DNA of 60,922 bases, taken from Patescibacteria group bacterium (lineage in GTDB: Bacteria; Patescibacteriota; Minisyncoccia; Phycocordibacterales; Phycocordibacteraceae). The stretch is taken from NCBI GenBank assembly GCA_030837225.1, contig JAUPKX010000014.1, forward strand, positions 1 through 60,922, written 5' to 3'. Below, piece after piece: positions 1 to 7,707 of the stretch. Each line of letters starts with the position of its first letter. The stretch's first letter is position 1. The translations under genes and the position numbers were made by a program. Under the pieces are notes generated by a model, which was not told the origin of the DNA, searched no databases, and saw nothing but the letters and a program-made list of their open reading frames with translations.

Positions 1-299
1 CCCTCGATAACTACCATATCGCGGCTTATGGAAACATTGAGCTCGTCAGGTCGAACACCCGCAACGAATGCGCGGATAACGATCTCGTTCGGTGTCTGGT
101 AGACGTCTACCGGGAGCTGGCCCTCGCTCTGGTCCTCGTCGATGACGCTCGCATAGGAGCGAGTCTGAGGGGCACTACTCATAGGCACCGGAGTCTGCAT
201 GCCGCCTTGCATAGGAGGGAGGTCGTCGTCGAACGCGTCATAGTGATCGTCCATCGGAGCAGAGCCGGAGAGGCGGTCGAAGAAAGATCGTTTTTTCAT
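1..299 (-). CDS. Hsp20/alpha-crystallin small heat-shock protein; the 3' end runs off the window
   Basis: Not in the ORF track because it is cut by the edge. Reverse-strand ATG at 297-299. My translation is MKKRSFFDRLSGSAPMDDHYDAF...EGQLPVDVYQTPNEIVIRAFVAGVRPDELNVSISRDMVVIE, which looks like the start of an alpha-crystallin domain. Confidence 0.7.
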   Translation of the reverse strand, partial: MKKRSFFDRLSGSAPMDDHYDAFDDDLPPMQGGMQTPVPMSSAPQTRSYASVIDEDQSEGQLPVDVYQTPNEIVIRAFVAGVRPDELNVSISRDMVVIE

Positions 300-305
300 A
301 CGCGT

Positions 306-1019
306 TTAGATTTCGCAGGTGTTGGTGGGTAATTTCCGGTAACGGAGATATTTAAGTACTTCAAAGAGTGCGAACAGTACGACGGCGCCGCTCCATACCA
401 TGAAGAAGGCGAGGAGCGTGAATGAACCGCTTCCATCAATTATAAGGAAGTTGAAAAGCGCATGCAATGCTATCGCAAGGATAAGTCCTAGTGTTGCGCA
501 CGCGGTGCGCACGAAACGACTCCTCCTGAACGAGAAGGCGAGAGAGAATCCAATCACTGCAGACGCAACAACATGAAGAAGAGTAGAGCCAATAAAGCGA
601 AGATTTCCGGTAAGGAGACCTTCAACCATATTGCCGCCTGAGAATGGTGCAATGAGGAAGAGTGCGTTCTCAAGCGCTGCGAACCCTAGTGCGACGGTAA
701 TCATATATATCACGAGGTCTATAGACTCGTTCACCGAGCGTCGCCAAAGTACGATTATAGCGGCGAGGAGATACTTCACCGTCTCCTCTATAGCGGCCCA
801 GCCGATAATAACGGGAATACCCGCAGGGAGCGTAAGTACGGCGAAGCGCTCAAGGGGTAGTACGAGCACAACCGAGAGCATGCCGGCTACAACCGCAAGT
901 GCAATCATGTGGCGAGGCTCTGGGCAGCGACGGTCTTCCTTAAGAAGGAAGTAGAGCCAAACCATTGCAGGCAGAATCCCGCCAAGAAATGCAAAGAAGA
1001 GGGTCTCGAAGGACAACAT
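306..1019 (-). CDS. PrsW-family intramembrane protease-like membrane protein
   Basis: Multi-pass membrane ORF with EETVKY (EExxK-like) and HALFNF (HxxxN-like) motifs. Start moved to MLSFETLFF, where TAGAAT lies 7 nt upstream of the ATG. The track start at 1088 would overlap valS. Confidence 0.65.
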   Translation of the reverse strand: MLSFETLFFAFLGGILPAMVWLYFLLKEDRRCPEPRHMIALAVVAGMLSVVLVLPLERFAVLTLPAGIPVIIGWAAIEETVKYLLAAIIVLWRRSVNESIDLVIYMITVALGFAALENALFLIAPFSGGNMVEGLLTGNLRFIGSTLLHVVASAVIGFSLAFSFRRSRFVRTACATLGLILAIALHALFNFLIIDGSGSFTLLAFFMVWSGAVVLFALFEVLKYLRYRKLPTNTCEI

Positions 1020-1029
1020 CCTCTGTATT

Positions 1030-3180
1030 CTACACTGCCGAGGAAGGCCACTTCTCCACCATAAGCAGGGTATCCCCAGAGCGGACACTCTTCCAGATTT
1101 CTTCGGTTACGAACGGCATGAATGGGTGAAGGATCTTTAGAAGATCGCTTAGCAGGGATAGGAGGAGAACCTTGCGTGATGCTTTTGCTGACTCGTCATT
1201 CCCTATAAAGATACCTTTTGATTCCTCGATGAGTTCATCAGCGAGGCGATGCCACGCGAAATGGTAGATCTTCTCTGCAGCAAGGTAGATCCTGTGCTCG
1301 TCGATGTCAGTAGTGACATCTGTGATAAGTGCATCAAGCTCTGCACGAATAGCCTGGTCGCTATCAGTGAGTGGGTGCGAAAGGTCAGCACCTTCAGTTT
1401 CAGTGAGTATGTAGCGGGTAATATTCCAGAGCTTGTTCGCAAAGTTTTTGTAGCCCTTTATCTTATCCTCGCTGATACGTGTATCCGTTCCTGGGGTGTT
1501 TCCAACGATAAGCGCCATGCGAGCGGCATCCGCGCCGAATTTGTCCGCAATCTCAAGCGGATCGAGATTGTTGCCAAGAGACTTCGACATCTTGCGTCCC
1601 TGTGCATCACGAACCAGTCCATGCAGGTACACGGTCTTGAAGGGAATGTCGTTAAGCGCGAAGCCCGTCATAAGAATCATGCGAGCTACCCAGAAGAAGA
1701 TAATGTCGTAGCCGGTCTCAAGGAGAGCGGTTGGGTGGTATGTCTTAAAGTCTTCAGTTTGTTCAGGCCAACCGAGTGTTGAGAAAGTCCACAGGCCTGA
1801 GGAGAACCAGGTGTCGAGTGTGTCTTCGTCTTGACTCCAGCCGTCGCCGTCTGGCACTTCGCCAACTACAATCTCGTCCCCTCGGTACCAGACTGGAATT
1901 CGATGTCCGTACCAAATCTGTCGGCTTATGCACCAGTCTCTGAGATTCTCTATCCAATGGAAATAGGTCTTATCAAAATGCTCAGGGAGAATCGTTATTC
2001 GTCCGTCACGGACTGGTTCGAGCATAAGTTCCTTTAGCGATTTCCCGCGCTCTGGTATTTCCTTGTTCACATCAATGAACCACTGGAGTTTCGGGAGAGG
2101 TTCAATAACGCCGCTCGTGCGCTCAGCGAGGGAAATGTTCTGCGAGATGTCTTCCTCCTTCTCGAGGAGTCCTTCTTCACGAAGCCACTCAACAACCATG
2201 TCACGCGCTTCGGAAGTCTTCTTTCCGTTGAGTCTGCCTTCGACCATCATCTTTGCGTACTCGTTGATTACCTGTGTGCGCGGGAGATCATGACGGTCAG
2301 CAATATCCCAGTCAATCTGACTGTGTGCAGGGGTAACACCGAGAGCACCGGTACCGAAAGCCGGATCAACCTCTTTGTCGGCAACAACGCGAATAGATAT
2401 TGGAACCTCGCAGAACACAGCCTCGAAAGTCTTTCCAACGAACTCCTTGTAGCGAGTATCGTCCGGGTGCACGGCTACGGCTACGTCGCCAACCTTAGTC
2501 TCTGGGCGTGTTGTAGAGATGCTAATAGGAAAGTCCTTCGAATACTTAAAGGTATAGAGTTTTGCTTTACGCTCTTCGTGCACGATCTCATCGTCCGAGA
2601 TCGTTGTCTGGCCCTTTGGGTCCCAGTTCACGATGCGGTTGCCGCGATAGATAAGACCAGCGTCATACATCTGTTTGAATACGGTGTGGACTGCACGAGT
2701 ACGAGTCTCGTCGAGGGTGAACGCTTCGCGAGACCAGTCGAGGGAGGCGCCCATCACCTTAAGTTGGCTCACGATAGTGTCATGGCTTTCGTTCGCGAAC
2801 GCACCGATGCGCGCGAGGAGCTCTTCGCGTCCGAGATCATGGCGGCTCTTGCCCTCCTTCTTACTGATTTCCTTTTCAACAACGGACTGCGTCGCAATTG
2901 CTGCATGGTCGGTGCCGGGAATCCAGAGGGTGCGGTATCCCTGCATACGCTTGGTGCGAACGAATACGTCCTCAACGGCGAGCATGAGCGCGTGGCCCAT
3001 GTGGAGACGTCCGGTGACGTTGGGAGGTGGGAGGACTATGGAATATGCTTTCGCGCCAGGCTTTGTAAGGCCATCTTCGAGCATGCGATCAGGGTTGAAA
3101 TACCCGCTTTCCTCCCATTCCTGGAAGATACGGGGCTCGGTTGCCTGGGGGTCGTAGGGCTTGAGGAATTTGTCGTCCAT
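1030..3180 (-). CDS. valS: valyl-tRNA synthetase (short form, 716 aa)
   Basis: Class I HMGH and KMSKS motifs and a ValRS-type editing and anticodon-binding layout. TGcTATATT lies 8 nt upstream of the ATG. Confidence 0.95.
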   Translation of the reverse strand: MDDKFLKPYDPQATEPRIFQEWEESGYFNPDRMLEDGLTKPGAKAYSIVLPPPNVTGRLHMGHALMLAVEDVFVRTKRMQGYRTLWIPGTDHAAIATQSVVEKEISKKEGKSRHDLGREELLARIGAFANESHDTIVSQLKVMGASLDWSREAFTLDETRTRAVHTVFKQMYDAGLIYRGNRIVNWDPKGQTTISDDEIVHEERKAKLYTFKYSKDFPISISTTRPETKVGDVAVAVHPDDTRYKEFVGKTFEAVFCEVPISIRVVADKEVDPAFGTGALGVTPAHSQIDWDIADRHDLPRTQVINEYAKMMVEGRLNGKKTSEARDMVVEWLREEGLLEKEEDISQNISLAERTSGVIEPLPKLQWFIDVNKEIPERGKSLKELMLEPVRDGRITILPEHFDKTYFHWIENLRDWCISRQIWYGHRIPVWYRGDEIVVGEVPDGDGWSQDEDTLDTWFSSGLWTFSTLGWPEQTEDFKTYHPTALLETGYDIIFFWVARMILMTGFALNDIPFKTVYLHGLVRDAQGRKMSKSLGNNLDPLEIADKFGADAARMALIVGNTPGTDTRISEDKIKGYKNFANKLWNITRYILTETEGADLSHPLTDSDQAIRAELDALITDVTTDIDEHRIYLAAEKIYHFAWHRLADELIEESKGIFIGNDESAKASRKVLLLSLLSDLLKILHPFMPFVTEEIWKSVRSGDTLLMVEKWPSSAV

Positions 3181-3219
3181 TTACTTCGAATATAGCAAAT
3201 AACGCCCCTATCCGCCCGT

Positions 3220-4395
3220 CTATGTAAGGGAAAGGTTCCCGTTCGCTCGCATCTGGTCTGGCTCAGTGAATTCCTTCTTAAGCGCTCGATAGTAGCCAGC
3301 GATACCGATCATAATCGCGTTATCAGTAGTGAAGCGCGGAGTAGGAATCCGAAGAGCTACTTCAGGATGCTCATTACTAATGTGCTCTGTAAAGAATTTG
3401 CGGATATGCGTGTCGGCAGAGACGCCACCACCGAGCACGAGCGTCTTGGCGCCTGTTGTATACAGAGCCTTCGATGATTTCGCGAATAGCACTTCACTCG
3501 TAGCATCTTCGAATGCATGGGAGATTTCTTCCTTCTCTGTTTCTGTTAAGGTGCGATCTTTTACCATGTAGAGCACTGCGGTTTTGAGCCCTGAGAAAGA
3601 AAAGTCACAGGTATCGTCACGCATCATGGGACGGGGTAGTGATGGTTTGATTGTGTTTCCACGCGCAATAGCTGCTGTGGCGAGTTTGGATATCTCCGGC
3701 CCTCCTGGATATGGGAGCCCAAGCATACGCGCTGCTTTGTCGAATGCTTCGCCAACTGCATCATCCTTTGTCTGGCCAATAAGACGGTACGAGAGCCACT
3801 GGTCCATGGAGACGAGTTCGGTGTGTCCTCCAGATATAAGGAGACCAAGAACCGGAAGGGACACGTCCTTGATTTCAAACGTGCCATCTTCGTTTGGCTT
3901 AGTTAGAGCAGATAGCAAATGACCTTCCATATGGTTCACGCCGATAAGTGGCTTTTCCCATACCATCGCTAACGCACGTGCGAGGTTAACCCCAACCCAA
4001 AGCGCAGGCTCAAGTCCCGGCCCATGCGTTACGGCTATCGCATCAATGGCGGGAGTCTCAGACTCGTCAAGAAACGCGAAGAGCGCCTCGGCGAGCTCTG
4101 GCTCGCGCGTAAGCAGTGTTCCTATCTCAGTCCGGATTGCGTCCGGAAGCAGCTGTCGGTCTTCATGCAAAAGCTCAGCCTCTTCAAGAGATGCTGCGAG
4201 TACCGGCACGAGATTCTTCGCGTGCTCGCGCTTCGCAACAGCAGGGAACACGCCGCCAAACTCGCGGTGTATATCAATTTGCGAGAGGAGGACGTTCCCG
4301 AGGATCTTGAATGAAGTGTTCTGTTCGTCCCCTTTGCATTCAAGAATAGAGATTGCGGTCTCGTCGCACGATGTTTCAATCGCGAGTATTTTCAT
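3220..4395 (-). CDS. tsaD: tRNA N6-adenosine threonylcarbamoyltransferase
   Basis: N-terminus MKILAIETSCDETA, HMEGH metal motif and GGVSAD motif typical of Kae1/TsaD. Confidence 0.9.
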   Translation of the reverse strand: MKILAIETSCDETAISILECKGDEQNTSFKILGNVLLSQIDIHREFGGVFPAVAKREHAKNLVPVLAASLEEAELLHEDRQLLPDAIRTEIGTLLTREPELAEALFAFLDESETPAIDAIAVTHGPGLEPALWVGVNLARALAMVWEKPLIGVNHMEGHLLSALTKPNEDGTFEIKDVSLPVLGLLISGGHTELVSMDQWLSYRLIGQTKDDAVGEAFDKAARMLGLPYPGGPEISKLATAAIARGNTIKPSLPRPMMRDDTCDFSFSGLKTAVLYMVKDRTLTETEKEEISHAFEDATSEVLFAKSSKALYTTGAKTLVLGGGVSADTHIRKFFTEHISNEHPEVALRIPTPRFTTDNAIMIGIAGYYRALKKEFTEPDQMRANGNLSLT

Positions 4396-5239
4396 CTTTT
4401 TCTACCAGTGTCCACGGCATCAAGCCATCTGCAGGAATGAGAAATCCGGACGAACTCTTGTGCCCATTGCCGCCGTACTTCTGTGCAATCTCAGACACAT
4501 CGATTGTGCCGTCTCCGCGGATCGAGACACCGAATCCCTTGGGGTGTGCAGCAACAACAAGCGAGAAGGGCCCCTGCTTCTTTGCGAGCATGTTGCCAAC
4601 AAGGGACTTCATTGGCTTGAAGGGGTGCGCGGTTGCGAAATAGACTTGGTGTCCTTCGAATTCAACGAGCTTCGCGTGTTCAACCGCGTGTTCTGCAAGT
4701 ATCTCGAAGTATTCTCCGTACGTACGTATCTTCTCAAGGAATGCTTCGCTGGTCTCAGGGTTGTCGAGCGTTGCTACAAGCTCGTCCCAGAGTTCAAATG
4801 TGTACGGTTTAACGGCAAGATACGAGACAATTGCGCGAGTGTCCGGGAGCTTGAAAAGGAAGAGGTCATCATCCTCAACATAGGAGAGGAGTTTCGGGGT
4901 TAGCTCTTCTGGGTGGAAATAGTGCCAGGCAAGTGTCGCACCCGAGCGATCGTTATCAAAGATTGAGCCTGGGAATGATTCGGTAACCTCCCGCACACCT
5001 TCGTGGTGGTCGAGAATCATGATGCTGTTCGCATCTTTTGCTATAGCATCCATCTGTTCTTTTTCGTACACGAAATCAACAAAGTAGAGATCAGCTCCTG
5101 TAACGTCAGGAATTGGGTCATTCCCGCGAGTAAGCGGAACATACTCCGCCGCATCGCCGAACTTCTTCCAGGCAGCATACGCGCCGCCGAACCCGTCCGG
5201 GCAACTGCCATGATAGAAGATGATGGTGCGGGTATTCAT
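4376..5239 (-). CDS. DHH/DHHA1 phosphoesterase (NrnA-like)
   Basis: ILDHHEG (DHH motif) and GGNGHKSSSGF (DHHA1 GGGH-like motif). Start set at MNTRTIIFYHG, with TATAAC 6 nt upstream. Overlaps the tsaD start by 20 nt. Confidence 0.75.
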   Translation of the reverse strand: MNTRTIIFYHGSCPDGFGGAYAAWKKFGDAAEYVPLTRGNDPIPDVTGADLYFVDFVYEKEQMDAIAKDANSIMILDHHEGVREVTESFPGSIFDNDRSGATLAWHYFHPEELTPKLLSYVEDDDLFLFKLPDTRAIVSYLAVKPYTFELWDELVATLDNPETSEAFLEKIRTYGEYFEILAEHAVEHAKLVEFEGHQVYFATAHPFKPMKSLVGNMLAKKQGPFSLVVAAHPKGFGVSIRGDGTIDVSEIAQKYGGNGHKSSSGFLIPADGLMPWTLVEKDENTRD

Positions 5240-5289
5240 AGGTCCGTTATAGCGCATTTAAGTACGTAGTGCGAACGCATAGGCCGCCC

Positions 5290-5451
5290 TCAACGAGGGC
5301 GGCCATGGGTGTCAGAACCGAGATGGGAAACGACACACGCTACAGCAGCGACGACGAAGCATGCAGCCATCACACCGAACATCAAATTAGGGTTTTGAAT
5401 GGCTTCGTCTATTCTCTCGAGAACGGGCACAGGAACACTTTTCGAGTCCAT
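5290..5451 (-). CDS. small membrane protein (53 aa), hypothetical
   Basis: Start moved to the internal ATG preceded by GGAAGGAG with a 7 nt spacer. One hydrophobic helix (LMFGVMAACFVVAAVACVV). GC-rich hairpin 5282-5304 overlaps the stop codon. Confidence 0.4.
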   Translation of the reverse strand: MDSKSVPVPVLERIDEAIQNPNLMFGVMAACFVVAAVACVVSHLGSDTHGRPR

Positions 5452-5531
5452 GATGCTACTCCTTCCACCTAGCATGATACCAACGATCGAACAGACAGAG
5501 TCCGGTATTTAGACCGGACTCCGGATAACTT

Positions 5532-5607
5532 TGGTGCGCGGTGCAGGATTCGAACCTGCGACATCCACAACGTCAATGTGGCGCTCTACCAACTGAGCTA
5601 ACCGCGC
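5532..5607 (-). tRNA. tRNA-Val (anticodon GAC), CCA encoded
   Basis: The reverse complement GCGCGGTTAGCTCAGTTGGTAGAGCGCCACATTGACGTTGTGGATGTCGCAGGTTCGAATCCTGCACCGCGCACCA folds as a cloverleaf with anticodon loop TTGACGT. Confidence 0.9.
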
Positions 5608-5649
5608 ATGTGTTCGCACGATAGCGTATTTGGCGCTACCATTCAAGCC

Positions 5650-6270
5650 ATGGAAATACTTCGCGTAGGTGATGTAGGAGTTGAGGTTGCGGCCGCAAAA
5701 GCGGCGTTAGTCCTCAAATCCGATGGGCTCGTTGTTTACCCAACGGATACCCTCTATGGTTTAGGTGCTGCAATGGATAGTTCAGAGGCTGTAGCGAAAC
5801 TTCATGCAATTAAGTCTCGAAGCGAGGAAAAATTCCTTTCGTTCATAGTACCTGACGTTTCAATGATAGAGCGCTACGCCCACATGAATGAAACATCACG
5901 TACTCTTGCCACTAGTTTTTTGCCAGGTCCTCTTACACTTAAGCTTGAGGCAAAAGACTCGGTCCCTGCATCTGTTGCGCATGACGGTGCTATCCGTATT
6001 CGTATACCGGACGACACCTTTGCTCTGGCACTTGCACGAGCATACGGTGCGCCCTTTAGTGCAACGAGCGCAAACATTTCTGGAGAACCAACACCCTCTA
6101 CAATAGAAGGTATCGTTGCACAATTTGGAGAAAGAATTAGTGATATTGATCTTCTCGTTGATGACGGCCCTCGTGCAGGGGGAACACCATCCACGATTAT
6201 TTCGTGCGTAGGAGAGAAACTTGAGATTATACGAGAAGGAGCGCTTTCTAAAGAAGCGTTAGGTCTATAA
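5650..6270 (+). CDS. tsaC: L-threonylcarbamoyladenylate synthase (YrdC/TsaC domain)
   Basis: VVYPTDTLYGLGA and SATSANISGEP motifs of the YrdC/Sua5 family. Start moved to MEILRV, because the track start abuts tRNA-Val. Confidence 0.85.
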   Translation: MEILRVGDVGVEVAAAKAALVLKSDGLVVYPTDTLYGLGAAMDSSEAVAKLHAIKSRSEEKFLSFIVPDVSMIERYAHMNETSRTLATSFLPGPLTLKLEAKDSVPASVAHDGAIRIRIPDDTFALALARAYGAPFSATSANISGEPTPSTIEGIVAQFGERISDIDLLVDDGPRAGGTPSTIISCVGEKLEIIREGALSKEALGL

Positions 6271-6613
6271 AGCAAATCGGCCCCACCAGAAAGGCGGGGC
6301 CGATAATCGGACTTAGAGATAAAGCTCTTCGCATGGGCCATGTGTAGTGGTAGCAGACTGCGGCGTAGGCGTGGTTGCTGCGACATGCCGCCATGGCGTT
6401 CGATCGCGCCCGCCAGAGAACCTGATGAGTGCCGGACCAGTTTCCGCCCTGCGTGTCATAGGTCCAGCAGCGGTAGACCAGGGCCCGGCTTGCTGCAGCC
6501 ACGGTCAACTCAGAACGTGCCACGTCGGACGGCGAAATCGCCGGTGCAGCGCTTGCGGTGCCCATGGTGAGGACCGCGAGCGCCACGGCCGGCGCAAGGA
6601 ATATCTTCTTCAC
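6248..6613 (-). CDS. small secreted Cys-containing protein, hypothetical
   Basis: GTG start preceded by GGAGA with a 6 nt spacer. Signal peptide MKKIFLAPAVALAVLTMGTASA followed by AP. G+C-rich. The ORF reads through hairpin 6276-6304 and overlaps the tsaC 3' end, so the C-terminus is uncertain. Confidence 0.5.
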   Translation of the reverse strand: MKKIFLAPAVALAVLTMGTASAAPAISPSDVARSELTVAAASRALVYRCWTYDTQGGNWSGTHQVLWRARSNAMAACRSNHAYAAVCYHYTWPMRRALSLSPIIGPAFLVGPICFIDLTLL

Positions 6614-6694
6614 TTCAACTCTCCGTTGATAGGTTTATGAAAAGGTACGCGATACTCGTGAGAGCCTACCGCGGAAGCCGGTCCGTCGTCAAAT

Positions 6695-7174
6695 TTAAGA
6701 TACCGGGAACCAGCCCGTTGCCTTGCGACTCGTGGCAACCGAGTGCGTAAGCGGTTCTCCTCGTCCTGTCTCGCAGACAAGCTTCAGGCTCTGAAGTGCC
6801 TTCTCCCACTGATACCCATTGATACGGTAGAACTCGGTAATCTCGCTCCAGCCACTCTGATTGAATTTCACGAGTGTTCCGCGTCCGCCACTCTCAGAGA
6901 GGTCGATGCGTATGTCTGTAGGGAAGTCCACGGGGTTCGTTGAGAACGTACTGCGTAGGACAGTCCACTTAAGCATCTTATTCTTGCGGTAGTCAGAGAC
7001 AGCAACATGTGTTGCCTGCTCCTCGCCAAAGCCAAGTTTCAGCTCGCCACCTTTTTTGGGATCTCCCGTGATATCGCGTGAGTACCAACTGCGTAGTCCG
7101 CCGAGGGTAGTCATGATCTCATAGACGCTGCTCATAGGCATCGCTATTTCAATATCGAAGGTGATCTTTTCCAT
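6695..7174 (-). CDS. SRPBCC / AHSA1-like (START fold) protein
   Basis: MEKITFDIEIAMPMSSVYEIMTTLGGLRSWYS...LKWTV...IRIDLSE...GTLVKFNQSGW resembles Activator-of-Hsp90-ATPase-homolog/polyketide-cyclase-type proteins. Start trimmed so that it does not overlap the csp terminator. Confidence 0.55.
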   Translation of the reverse strand: MEKITFDIEIAMPMSSVYEIMTTLGGLRSWYSRDITGDPKKGGELKLGFGEEQATHVAVSDYRKNKMLKWTVLRSTFSTNPVDFPTDIRIDLSESGGRGTLVKFNQSGWSEITEFYRINGYQWEKALQSLKLVCETGRGEPLTHSVATSRKATGWFPVS

Positions 7175-7217
7175 AGAAGGGTAGAAACGCGAAAGCGCCC
7201 CGAAGGGCGCTTTTCGG

Positions 7218-7418
7218 TTAGACCTTGCTGACCTTGATCGCGTTCTGTCCCTTAGGACCTTCAGCGATTTCAAACTCGAGCGTGTCTCCCTCGCGAAGAT
7301 CGTCAAAGTTGACGTTCACGAGCTCGTTAGAGTGGAAGAAAAGATCCTTCGCTGCTCCTTCGATGCGGATGAAGCCGAACCCCTTATCGGTAAGTCCTGC
7401 AATTGTTCCCTGCTGCAT
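7218..7418 (-). CDS. cspA: cold-shock domain protein
   Basis: KGFGFI (RNP1) and FFH (RNP2-like) motifs, 66 aa. Confidence 0.9.
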   Translation of the reverse strand: MQQGTIAGLTDKGFGFIRIEGAAKDLFFHSNELVNVNFDDLREGDTLEFEIAEGPKGQNAIKVSKV

Positions 7419-7518
7419 ATACGATGTTTTGTTGAGAGCACCTAAGTAAGTATCAATGAGGCTGGATATCGAAACTACGATTTCCGTACTACTTACTCAG
7501 CGCTACGTTGATACGCCT

Positions 7519-7547
7519 ACACTACTACAATCGGTTTATTTTGTCAA
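7519..7547 (-). promoter_or_regulatory. candidate sigma70-type promoter for csp, giving a roughly 90 nt 5' UTR
   Basis: Reverse strand reads TTGACA (7542-7547), 17 nt, then TAGTGT (7519-7524). The TTGACA is half of the palindrome TTGTCAActcaaTTGAC. Confidence 0.35.
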
Positions 7548-7707
7548 CTCAATTGACCGCAAGGCTTGATAGGTACATACACCGCCTCTATTTCTAGGGA
7601 ACTTTCTGTGTACACCACCTCTTCGACTCCATCTTTTAAGGAGGCGTGTTCACTATCGCATAGACACTCATCTATAAATTTACTCAAACATAAGATACGA
7701 TAAGGCC

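Noticed and set aside
2290-3195. 301 aa plus-strand ORF (and 2675..3157) inside valS
   Set aside because: It is fully antisense to a confidently identified valS and has low-complexity, Arg/Ser/Leu-rich composition typical of shadow frames. The same reasoning applies to the following ORFs: 16128..16940 and 15949..16614 in ftsZ; 17302..17724 and 17883..18395 in ftsA; 26473..27235 and 27517..28317 in gyrA; 40731..41453 in clpB; 50759..51361 and 52452..52844 in topA; 13364..14447 in the ATP-grasp gene; 19312..20307 in the HisRS-like gene; 53965..54411 in serS; and 57523..58005 in dus/dnaX.
6340-6640. Plus-strand ORFs 6340..6570 and 6347..6640
   Set aside because: They are Arg/Pro-rich antisense frames of the G+C-rich secreted-protein gene, which has a clear signal peptide and SD.
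7419-7707. The 290 nt csp/7708 intergenic region as a riboswitch or sRNA locus
   Set aside because: It is best explained by divergent promoters (the palindromic TTGTCAA...TTGAC) plus the long 5' UTR usual for cold-shock genes. No independent terminator or conserved structure was seen.
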